Of a stretch of DNA of 64,000 nucleotides, positions 57,601 through 63,608 are shown piece by piece. The DNA is taken from IMG/VR virus record IMGVR_UViG_3300032820_000001, positions 32,001-96,000 of that record; one strand, given 5' to 3'. The first letter of the stretch is position 1. Each line of letters opens with the position of its first letter. The position numbers and the translations under genes were made by a program. The notes beneath the pieces are model-generated. The model worked only from the letters and a program-made list of their open reading frames with translations. It did no database searches and had not been told where the DNA came from. Origin of the DNA: a virus.

Positions 57601-57891
57601 GCCAGTGGCAGCGTCGGCTGCGGTTGCGATCCTAGTATTTTCTAAGTTGGTTTCGAGCGGACTGTGAGTCGCTGCAGAATCGACGGTTCGTTGTCTAATG
57701 GAACCGGATTTGCTTTCGAGTGTTGCAACAAGATCGTTGCCATCAACGCCCAAGACACCTATAGTGCCGGACATCGTAGATACAGCGTCAGCGGTGCCTA
57801 AGTTGGCGTCGCCGTCAGCTGTCATGGTGTGTTTCAGATCGTTGGCCAAGTCGCCAGATCCTGAAATGACTGCTATACCTTTTTTAGTCAT
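48691..57891 (-). CDS. giant fibre/adhesin-like virion protein (about 3,070 aa)
   Basis: N-terminal 400 aa paralogous to 58151-59809; DxDxDG Ca-binding repeats, cadherin-like and LamG-like segments. Confidence 0.75.
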   Translation of the reverse strand: MTKKGIAVISGSGDLANDLKHTMTADGDANLGTADAVSTMSGTIGVLGVDGNDLVATLESKSGSIRQRTVDSAATHSPLETNLENTRIATAADAATGATPSLRGHDYVARTDTNYADNATSLKDADLKLDTQLSNSNTDIIRIQGAKTVSGSLAYQVSQRLEGTGVEDTWKTLEALQTAMDSDPDLRGTLTSKINTMKSEIRGAAPADDTIAAQQAVLIAHNTTAEDTHEAGLTAKISNATASIGASSTFEITYGVATYCLTGLTSLHAADDMLDQKLQSRQNRLDAMLGAVDKAVDGVTKTAGMRSDTLSIAAGQNAEMSGDMTSTKFIVPLYDAVPAHLKDGSALKADMSDHEGEVFYLTTADDSDPVLAPFSVAEKFYFCEGGQWFMSPFYAISEASPDYGAIVFNGDDWTSEWQIALNATGLIGGLNNWESPLLMSDHGVITPQEGTQTLSLLDTFGDGGITSVDFKNPDTDTIVFSIVPDYTTGPYDIQIVWDGSTLSVNGTAILTYSNGSWANAVMPDADNDGTPDWLEPAGDYDLDGTDAVNDPDVQTSVTSGALLPAVILFGASDDLVADATTIASEAITITSIEWLANGTTIGGQTTNTLPGATVAAMAADDQLSVIIRYTVDSSGLSGAHSEIRSIVVPDFTYVYSLSVDQYGGTPYGDPEGTFEVIINGNMAVNYGLGELATGNPSLQGTLPISEGDTHILNMGDSFNDGGQTLTFFDNYGNPLWLGLNSNPQGPQEYLTDTYSVEIDSGTGNLVIKRTISSAGVGDVFGGVDGIIVYDDNPDATVFAVDLEMMSPPMVDQTVNTFAAAIEDNSGITVIDVVWQSNDPADNTSGTGFGNPTTPWTDIGSPTTSTIDVNDPISVGPEDPITIAASLVGKILRAQYTVTDGAGDQNVFYVPSDEFIAETDGGHAIIEELSDVPTTFMDPTGQWVSAGVFEYNSGQGVYSSEIRAMDANLMDAANPFSISSQGSHGTAVITAQDPSSSDIRYGEWIYTPATAGAFTGADTFTIKVVDADGNETLQVITINLMSPDTDADNVLDPVDDFHLDPGEQTAVQLTAGGDGYFDGPALRWTFFFDTYYNEPIISFIQDATTTVMIQGGFYMDENMAPQPGAPNGTTTSTPPISAGLTDISLDWADSWGDNGGQLFIHRDDQVPNPVDPTSYLADIGPGGFPDANVPTTFVLNYDGKDLVVDGGTPISVYPGATLVPGSGAPATYTLEGENMVNAVSTLENLRDNSFLAVTSPTWEETLTAAHYDVGADGNLTAAAQTIITDTETAIAQAFQESQDVAAICADLITGDNNPSSQIGTDQEDHYNAQLAAGQQAVVTLATISTKNDSLATYVSGDWDADGISVINDPIPGLPLGLSYPAIIPLTTDTIAAYSVNDNYDNDGAEISYVGDPLALHLSGSWTSPSMFAGAALHTSIMKTMALRPFTLSFILDIPENTFASNGYNRPKHIIGTKRNQAVLYQNGGFSVQTQMVKDDQDDDICRPLMEGGVQVGNYYTIGSFYNHTYNSLNLSHIPLPYGTDNTAAGPQSGFPIRAGEKTHVSLVRDGEEMRVYINGALHVWDSGDFIDLATADVPGAGAHAWTQMPKTFGDLMFAAYADEDGSWTQGDLGFYSGWSLSRIRINDIAEDAAQVAADNAAAVSETTTPQLTLLNLPGFDAISNVTRTKNTIISTTTPIYSYETPYLFAMGADQIRFDLDSLLEIDAESQVDGTTLSVELRSTEDALTTLASATTTWQSAGWLQPTLDVAAPVTLSDFEGAESLQVHFVVTHANSGISTTTLAYWEEFAGTDANGTTGAESAGNDDFRIGIVGSTDALTYVYQSAGEYRPYPDAPVPNSSFTITNPNDNDAVREQPTGAITWTTAATGATWLNNTDNLISGYLFAVYDDEITFDHTDVELKDVNGNVLTNLKTRLIISKSNWQTELPGAGTTDPLSDGDTVVLSDIGDSTMRVTYQVHDESTGQLLHHGGDIISSFTQPKTNVNHLWMAADEAEWAANADPDGDGVLWQADALPNDPDGSIDDDGDGIAADGTPPDPDDGNPALPAAPTMTLAPVWTGAGPELQSAIVNTETGLGFQKYHHLEPWGLLIAAPGDQIEFVGSEVTVDEPNRVGSILTVELTMATITVASGTSTWDAINGKFKEGIIQIPDIGENDAGNGAIQNVAYSDATLNPTGGGGGYLKIRAYVTNQYGQQSNVAYFGDELSPFAFIFVSPAANVPFHNGLALADQEYGVTGGDAIAAAGSSIEMEFATNSHIRVFNNGLGITRDIIPADSTFIRPGSTNDQLTGEESILSVVGDFMKFSGDLGQAQSFKTPDGTSLPNLEARFMLRNHDTTTGWNYYSADGTDALDPWNLNNMAGPDDTIELTQEMFNSNVSAGSSWGLLRVYAILYDTVNNVAQSSHNYLQRSPWDTDYNGLSEPIVKVCIHQTEAEYQAQADPDSDGVSWSYDAFPNDPNEDSDADNDGYGDNLEMSVGTAENPNPHLDSEDPGVHCEVTLIPAESITISGSAQTIEYNTYTTGYSSGLIATTVGNKLVIDPTSMTTTGVFTAASWRAAFELYRLELDSNGVAIEVSYNTSATQGLTPLSENAVIDTAGMPDGRYWVRLTHLENIHGDPGAITADVAQHNQYGNSSNALVDTQVLLVQPECADAFDWLKGDLTIHESVDAFRVEIGNTGVERSAILDPLNTSWSAPDPSGNIHSLEVTVFAVREDVLLYKPASDASSFVFRYDNNEEATGLSTSLYFVDGYDSSGQHMYMDDNNSQDLDSYNPLDPAETVTTENSLYPVNTNPETPVDNKFTIGHVVYTAPNTGAPLRLDYFTGGDENVTSLVVVNTEEEYLCLAPGSDCVDTDLDGVTDGADADPNNPFIPNEWLDMQIDLFGANQAYVDQLTIIVDDDVLYGAITGGPGGTGTGQTIDYSAGGYTTGQMNTAANGTNVTGIASGVRLFANVPPTVIKYCKSTGWDDFTAEISVSTAVAGELGNSLRALTITNDTSNTFQADTLNGNINTVALQLVKDGDDYSVEATFTPFGASPTTETILEWDAASGEFSDPGN

Positions 57892-57914
57892 ATTATATCC
57901 CTCCAAGGATTAAA
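57892..57914 (-). promoter_or_regulatory. conserved fibre-gene 5' leader (copy 1)
   Basis: TTTAATCCTTGGAGGGATATAAT directly before ATG; identical at 61024-61046. Confidence 0.8.
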
Positions 57915-57972
57915 AGTTAATTAACTTATCATGATCATATTTTGGACACAGAAGTGCCAAGAGTATCGTTGG

Positions 57973-57980
57973 TAAGTAGT
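57973..57980 (-). promoter_or_regulatory. late-promoter-like ACTACTTA
   Basis: intergenic copy upstream of the giant fibre gene. Confidence 0.55.
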
Positions 57981-58065
57981 TGATTTTCATTAGGAAACCT
58001 AAAGTATTTTCATATCCTTTGTTACCCGAAAATCAAGGCGGATCTAGATTTAGATCTCAAAAGAA

Positions 58066-58093
58066 AAAGCACCCCGCCTTGTGGGGGTGCTTT
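58066..58093 (-). terminator. intrinsic terminator after the 552-aa fibre gene
   Basis: AAAGCACCCC/GGGGTGCTTT stem followed by a T-run on the minus strand. Confidence 0.8.
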
Positions 58094-58150
58094 GTAATTG
58101 TTTGTTGTATCGTTCATCTTTATCTCAAAGAGATTAAGAGTTACAATTGT

Positions 58151-59809
58151 TTAGGAGTCGGTGAACTGCACCGTGACCACGTTAAAGGAATCATCTATAA
58201 ACTGAAATGTATAAACGTGTCCAGGTCCCTGATCCAACCCGATCTCCGCCAACTTCACCAATGTGGTGGTTCCTGCGGCGAGGGGATATGGTGCACCAGT
58301 GGGAGGTGGGCTGCCAAACCAAACATCACCGTAGCCGGCGTTCGTTGCAACCGCCACGCAATTGGCGCTACAGGTAATATCAATGCTGCCACCGTTGTCA
58401 ACAATTGAAGCTGCAAAGGCAATATCAGCTTCTATCGTTACATCAACAGTAGCGGTGGCCGTTTGGTTTTGGCTGTCTGTTGCTGTAAAAGTCACTGTTT
58501 GGTTTGCACCAACAGCCATAGTGCTGGCATTTGCGGGATCCGCAGTAACAGCAAGTGCGCCGTCTTCGATATCAGTTGCAGTTGCATTAGACGCGAAGTC
58601 ATAATTAGTATTCTCTGTTAGAGTGGTACTTACTCCTGCAGTGTTAATCGTTGGCAAGTTGTCATAAAAGAACGGTGATGCAAACCACTGAGAATCTTCG
58701 CGGAAATAAAATTTATTATTCGCTGGGAACTCTGTGGTGCTGTTGGCACTAAATTCAGCGGCAGAACATTCCAAATAGAACACTTCTCCCTCTTCTGGGC
58801 TGGCTTCAATATCGGCAATTGTCGATACTTTCGGCGTGAAGAATTTCTCACAGGAAGTGTCGCCCGACATTTCAGCGTTCTTGTTGGCTGCTACAGTGAG
58901 AGAGTCACTTCGCATGCCAGCTGCTTTAGAAGAGCCGTCGACAGTTTTAGCGGCTGCGCCAAGCATGGCGTCAAGTCTATTCTGTCGACTTTGCAATTTC
59001 TTATCCAACTCATCGTCGGCTGCATGCAAGCTCGCTTTACCGTTCAAATAATTTGTAGCTTCTGCATTACCATAATCAACAGCAAATGCACTACTTGCCC
59101 CAATGGAACTGGTAGCGTTGCTGAGTTTGGTAGTCAAACCTGCTTCATGAGTATTTTCTGCGGTGTTATTGTGGGCACTCAAAGTTATCTGTTGTGCAGC
59201 AATTGTATCATTAGGTGCCTGAGCGGTACCTCTAATTTCTGATTTCATTGCGGTGATCTTAGAAGTTAAGGTGCCTCGCAGATCTGTATCTGCATCCATG
59301 GCAGTCTTAAGTGCTTCAAGAGTTTTCCAAGTTTCTTCAACGCCAGTGCCTTCTAGTCTCTGTGAGACTTGATATGCAAGCGAACCAGAAGTGGTATTAC
59401 TACCATTGATACGATTGATATCGGCCTTTGAAGCGTCAAGTTGAGTGTCCAATTTCAAATCGGCATCAAGTAAGCTTGATGCACTATTTGCATAGTTGGT
59501 GTCAGCTCGTGCTACATAGTCGTGGCCATTATTGGCTCCGTCTACAGCACTCGCTGCGGTTGAAACTCGCACGTTTTCCAGGTTTGTTCCGAGTGGACTG
59601 TGAGTCGTTGCGGAATCGGTGGTTCGAGTTCGAACCGAGCCTGAAAGGGTTTCGAGTCTAGTTACGATGTCTCCAGCAGATCCTAATACAGTAACTGTAC
59701 CAGAAAGAGTGGAAATGGCATCAGCATGACCTAATTCGGCCACACCATCGTCCATAAGTTTGTGTTTCACGGCTGAAGAGCCTGAAACTACTGCTATACC
59801 TTTAGTCAT
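58151..59809 (-). CDS. fibre paralog with C-terminal Ig-like domain
   Basis: MTKGIAV start, ADxxLD coiled-coil motifs, aromatic module, then ATATDIEDG...TVTFTATDSQNQTATATVDVTI. Confidence 0.75.
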   Translation of the reverse strand: MTKGIAVVSGSSAVKHKLMDDGVAELGHADAISTLSGTVTVLGSAGDIVTRLETLSGSVRTRTTDSATTHSPLGTNLENVRVSTAASAVDGANNGHDYVARADTNYANSASSLLDADLKLDTQLDASKADINRINGSNTTSGSLAYQVSQRLEGTGVEETWKTLEALKTAMDADTDLRGTLTSKITAMKSEIRGTAQAPNDTIAAQQITLSAHNNTAENTHEAGLTTKLSNATSSIGASSAFAVDYGNAEATNYLNGKASLHAADDELDKKLQSRQNRLDAMLGAAAKTVDGSSKAAGMRSDSLTVAANKNAEMSGDTSCEKFFTPKVSTIADIEASPEEGEVFYLECSAAEFSANSTTEFPANNKFYFREDSQWFASPFFYDNLPTINTAGVSTTLTENTNYDFASNATATDIEDGALAVTADPANASTMAVGANQTVTFTATDSQNQTATATVDVTIEADIAFAASIVDNGGSIDITCSANCVAVATNAGYGDVWFGSPPPTGAPYPLAAGTTTLVKLAEIGLDQGPGHVYTFQFIDDSFNVVTVQFTDS

Positions 59810-59835
59810 AGTTTATTTTCTCCTTCTAATAGTTA

Positions 59836-61023
59836 TTATGATTCTGGTTCGAATCTGAACATGGATGGATGCCATTCGCCATCTTCACACATGTAAAGTT
59901 TATCGTCTTGTTTAAATGAAGTTGCACCATCACCGTCGGTGATAAATACAAACTTGCCATTGTGGGCTTGTCGCGCTGCGTTTGTCGCTGGATCGAGTCC
60001 TGCGTTAACCGCTGCAGTCGAGCTCATGTTGGGGAGCGAAAAGCGACCACTATTTGCGGTGAATCTCACAGTTCCCAAATCTGCAGTGCTACTAACCGTA
60101 AGCTTTCCAGCGAGGGTCATTGCACCACCAGTGGTGCCGTTACCTTCGAGGGCCGTAAGAGACAAATCTCTTTGGTAAATAGCTTCGTCCAAGTCCTTAT
60201 CGGCTTGAACCATGGTTCCAGCTGCAGTGATGTAGTTTTCAGTAGCGTAAGCATCAGGAGTATTTGTGCCATCGGCAGCGAGGCCGAGGTTAGTAAACGT
60301 GGTGCTCAATTCGCCAACTAACAAACCGTTTTCGGTGTTATAGCGAGAAATTTCACTTTCAAGAGCGCCAGACAAATAGCCAAGAGTGGCTGTGGCACCT
60401 TCGAGGTTGGCGATAAATGTCGCCTTTGAAGACGAAATGTGATTCTCGATTGCAGTCACCACGGTTGTGGCGGGTGCGTCGTCAAGACTATCGCCTGCGT
60501 TTCTCAGGGAGTCTTGAATGCCTTCAATGGTATCAAGTGCTCCTGCGGGGTTGGTGAAGTTAGCACCGGTTGCGCCGGCTCCAAAAACAACTTCTGCAAT
60601 TTGTCGCTTGATTGAGTGTGCGCCAGTGTTGGCATCCATTACATCAATTCTGTCTTGTTCGGTTTTTGCCAAAGCATCAATTGCTTTATCTGCGGCAGAG
60701 AATTCTGCTGCAGCGCCGTCGCCGCTTAAGGCAACATAAGTTCCAGCACCGGTGGTGCCCATAAGAACTTCTGCTGCATCTAATTTTTGCTGAATATCAG
60801 CAATTGTGTTTGAGTCTAGGGTTGCTTCTGTCCCAAGGTCGGTGTCGACTTGGGTGAGAGTTGCGGCTACGTCAGTAACAGCTGCGCCATCTTTGGCGAT
60901 TGAAACAACGCCATCGAGGTTGACCTGCTTTGAAGAGCCTGCAAGACCTAAGTTAAATTCGCCCTCGTTGTCGAGCTTGTGTACCTCTGCGGTACCACTG
61001 CGAACTACTATACCTTTTTTCAT
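59836..61023 (-). CDS. fibre paralog ending at the aromatic module
   Basis: MKKGIVV start, ADxxLD motifs, C-terminal KLYMCEDGEWHPSMF. Confidence 0.75.
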   Translation of the reverse strand: MKKGIVVRSGTAEVHKLDNEGEFNLGLAGSSKQVNLDGVVSIAKDGAAVTDVAATLTQVDTDLGTEATLDSNTIADIQQKLDAAEVLMGTTGAGTYVALSGDGAAAEFSAADKAIDALAKTEQDRIDVMDANTGAHSIKRQIAEVVFGAGATGANFTNPAGALDTIEGIQDSLRNAGDSLDDAPATTVVTAIENHISSSKATFIANLEGATATLGYLSGALESEISRYNTENGLLVGELSTTFTNLGLAADGTNTPDAYATENYITAAGTMVQADKDLDEAIYQRDLSLTALEGNGTTGGAMTLAGKLTVSSTADLGTVRFTANSGRFSLPNMSSTAAVNAGLDPATNAARQAHNGKFVFITDGDGATSFKQDDKLYMCEDGEWHPSMFRFEPES

Positions 61024-61046
61024 ATTATATCCCTCCAAGGATTAAA
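61024..61046 (-). promoter_or_regulatory. conserved fibre-gene 5' leader (copy 2)
   Basis: identical 23 nt to 57892-57914. Confidence 0.8.
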
Positions 61047-61065
61047 GTGTTTTTATTAATTTCGA

Positions 61066-62331
61066 TTATGCATCATCCTTCAATAAGTGAGATGAGTGCC
61101 AGATTCCATTTTCACAAAAGTAAAGTACTGAACCTTCGGTAAATGGGGTTGCGCTCATGTCGGTAGCTGCGGCGTTGTTGAGGCAGAATACCTTTCCATT
61201 ATTGGAAGTATCACCATCTCGCATAGTCGCGTCATCAATTGCTTCTTGTCCAGTCATAACTGGGAAGTTAAAAGTTGAAGTGCTCATCATTTTCAGGTGT
61301 CCGCTAATGTCGGAAGTTCCGCTAATAGTGAGAGTGTTACATGCAAGCAAGTCAGAACTTAAAGCTGCTATGTCAGTTTCCAAAGTCTTGGTTGCGTCGT
61401 CAAACTTCTTATCTCTTGCGATCATTGAAGTTGCGCCAGTTGTATAATTACCTTCGGTCATGGCCGACATGGTTCCGTCAGCGGCCGTTCCAGCGCATGA
61501 GGCGCCTTGGGTGCTGTCGATATCGTCACGCAAAGCTTTTTGCGATCCACCCACAGGGCGAGCCGCGCTTGTCAGATCTGTCGTTCCTGCACGTCGGTTT
61601 TTCTCGGCTTCGATTTCTGTTTCGAGAGTGTTCAAGTTTTCGTCTGCAGTGCCGACATCACCGTCGATTTCTTCGAGTGCGGATGCAACGTCAGAAAGAA
61701 CGGTTCCGGAAAAGTCAGTGTCGTCAGCGATGCTGGCCTGAATTTCTGGAAGAGTGTCGAAAGCGTCACCGGGACTAGCAACAACATCAGCAATTGCTTT
61801 TTTGATGGAGCCAGCGTTGGATGCGTGTTCCAAAATGCCTAGTTCGGCTCTTTGTCTTACGATTTCAGCAACAAGTGCTTCGTCCACTGCTTTAAGAGTG
61901 GTTGCGTCTTTGACGCCTTGAATGTTTGCACTGGTTGTGTTCAGTGTGGGGTTAACCCCAACGATGCCAGAAGTGGCATTGTTTGTGGCTGCGCCGGTGC
62001 CCGCTGTCAAGCCGGCTGCAACGATCAAATCGTTAACCTTGCCGTCAAGAAGGTCTCTACGACCATCAGCATCTGATTCTTCTTTATCAAGAGAACCTTT
62101 TATACCATTGATGACTTTAGCTAAGTCATTTGAATTGGCGCCGTCGGCTGCCATGATGGTGCCATAAGTGCCGTCCGCTTTGACTTTAATGTCAAGGTTT
62201 TCGACTTGTACGGTACCATTAAGTGTTACGGCTGATGTGCCGCCGCCTCCGACTTTAGCGTCACCATTATCCACAAGCTTGTGAACGGTGGCGCCAGTGG
62301 AAGCATTTAATACTGCTATACCTTTTGCCAT
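61066..62331 (-). CDS. fibre paralog ending at the aromatic module
   Basis: MAKGIAV start, coiled coil, C-terminal VLYFCENGIWHSSHL. Confidence 0.75.
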   Translation of the reverse strand: MAKGIAVLNASTGATVHKLVDNGDAKVGGGGTSAVTLNGTVQVENLDIKVKADGTYGTIMAADGANSNDLAKVINGIKGSLDKEESDADGRRDLLDGKVNDLIVAAGLTAGTGAATNNATSGIVGVNPTLNTTSANIQGVKDATTLKAVDEALVAEIVRQRAELGILEHASNAGSIKKAIADVVASPGDAFDTLPEIQASIADDTDFSGTVLSDVASALEEIDGDVGTADENLNTLETEIEAEKNRRAGTTDLTSAARPVGGSQKALRDDIDSTQGASCAGTAADGTMSAMTEGNYTTGATSMIARDKKFDDATKTLETDIAALSSDLLACNTLTISGTSDISGHLKMMSTSTFNFPVMTGQEAIDDATMRDGDTSNNGKVFCLNNAAATDMSATPFTEGSVLYFCENGIWHSSHLLKDDA

Positions 62332-62355
62332 ATTTATATCCCTCCAAGGATTAAA
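62332..62355 (-). promoter_or_regulatory. conserved fibre-gene 5' leader (copy 3)
   Basis: same 22-nt core TTTAATCCTTGGAGGGATATAA. Confidence 0.8.
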
Positions 62356-62439
62356 ATTGTTAATTAAATGTCCGCAGCAGACCTGGCTGCTACAAACACT
62401 AAAGACGATTAGGCACAGTGGTGCCATAGTCTTCGGGGG

Positions 62440-62447
62440 TAAGTAGC
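62440..62447 (-). promoter_or_regulatory. late-promoter-like GCTACTTA upstream of the fibre array
   Basis: one-mismatch copy of the motif. Confidence 0.45.
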
Positions 62448-62534
62448 TGAAATCATTGCTGAAATCTCAAATATATTCAATTGTTTTGATTGTGGCGAAA
62501 TAGGACTCATTCCGCAGGAGATCTGAAAAGAAAT

Positions 62535-62559
62535 AAAAAAAGCACCCTGCTGGGTGCTT
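62535..62559 (-). terminator. intrinsic terminator after the small paralog pair
   Basis: AAGCACCC-AGCA-GGGTGCTT followed by TTTTT. Confidence 0.8.
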
Positions 62560-62563
62560 CCTT

Positions 62564-62989
62564 TTAGGGGGCGTTTATACCCGAACCGCTGAGAACGTAT
62601 TCATCCTCAATCTCGGTAAGGGCTGCTATAATTTCGTAATCCCTCGCAACAATGCCGGAGTTTCTTATATAGAGTCGGCGGCACCTAACATTAAGGGTTA
62701 ATGGTGCGTTGAGATCATCCGACGATGGTGTGAAATCTAAATAGTTTCCATCTGGCAGTGGTGTGCCCCATGGAGCAGCAGGGAAGCCTCCCAAGTCAAA
62801 TGATATCTGCATGCGGCCAATTTTGTTAATAGTAACAGAGCTAGCTACATGAGGGAACTCAATCTCCAAAAAAGTGGGGTCTGCTGCAGATCCGGCATCC
62901 ACGCTGCCAGTTACTATGAAGGGCCTGCCAGAGTTTGTATATTGTGTGGCATCGTCGATTCCCGGCTTATAAGAATAATAATTGCTCAT
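62564..62989 (-). CDS. small beta-rich protein, paralog A
   Basis: MSNYYSYKPGI, SGRP, IEFP, NVRCRRLYI, DEY.L.GSGI. Confidence 0.8.
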   Translation of the reverse strand: MSNYYSYKPGIDDATQYTNSGRPFIVTGSVDAGSAADPTFLEIEFPHVASSVTINKIGRMQISFDLGGFPAAPWGTPLPDGNYLDFTPSSDDLNAPLTLNVRCRRLYIRNSGIVARDYEIIAALTEIEDEYVLSGSGINAP

Positions 62990-62997
62990 GTTTTCCC

Positions 62998-63375
62998 CTA
63001 TGGCCCTGTAATTCCAGAGCCAGTAAGAATGTACTCATCGGTAATACCAGTCAGCTCACCCAAAGTTTGTATAGTGGTGGCATTGCCTGTGGCGGTTTCT
63101 ATATAAATCCTTCTACACTTGACATTAAAAATTCGAGGCTCTGAGGCTGCTTCGATGGTTATTTTGTTTGCAGCTGGTGCTGCAGCGTTGAAATAAAGTA
63201 AAATATCCTCATTGGTGCTCAGGATAGTGAACGACTTTGTTACACGGGGGAACTCAATCGGCTCTACGTGTCCCGAAGATGCAGGTGTTGTAACAATTTG
63301 GAACCATGGGCGCCCAGACATATAATACTGACCTGCCTCACCTATGCCCGGTTTATAACTATAATAATTACTCAT
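62998..63375 (-). CDS. small beta-rich protein, paralog B
   Basis: MSNYYSYKPGI, SGRP, IEFP, NVKCRRIYI, DEY.L.GSGI. Confidence 0.8.
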   Translation of the reverse strand: MSNYYSYKPGIGEAGQYYMSGRPWFQIVTTPASSGHVEPIEFPRVTKSFTILSTNEDILLYFNAAAPAANKITIEAASEPRIFNVKCRRIYIETATGNATTIQTLGELTGITDEYILTGSGITGP

Positions 63376-63593
63376 ACGTTTTTCTCCAGTGATTTTTTCT
63401 TAGCATTTTGCTTTTCAATCTCGCGTTTGGCTTTCTTCTTTATGAGGCGGGCCTTGTCGGACTTCTTTTGATAATATCTACGCTCTCTCAGTTGTTCCAT
63501 GATTCGGAACTTCTTGATATGTTTCATAAACCTTTTTATCATTCTCTCCGACGATTCTCCCGCTCTTGCCTTTATTGTAACATTTGTTGCCAT
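63372..63593 (-). CDS. rpsU: ribosomal protein bS21 (phage-encoded)
   Basis: 73 aa basic protein; V.I.AR.GES.ERMIKRF.K......MEQLRERRYYQK.SD pattern. Confidence 0.85.
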   Translation of the reverse strand: MATNVTIKARAGESSERMIKRFMKHIKKFRIMEQLRERRYYQKKSDKARLIKKKAKREIEKQNAKKKSLEKNV

Positions 63594-63608
63594 TGTAATT
63601 AAGCCTTT

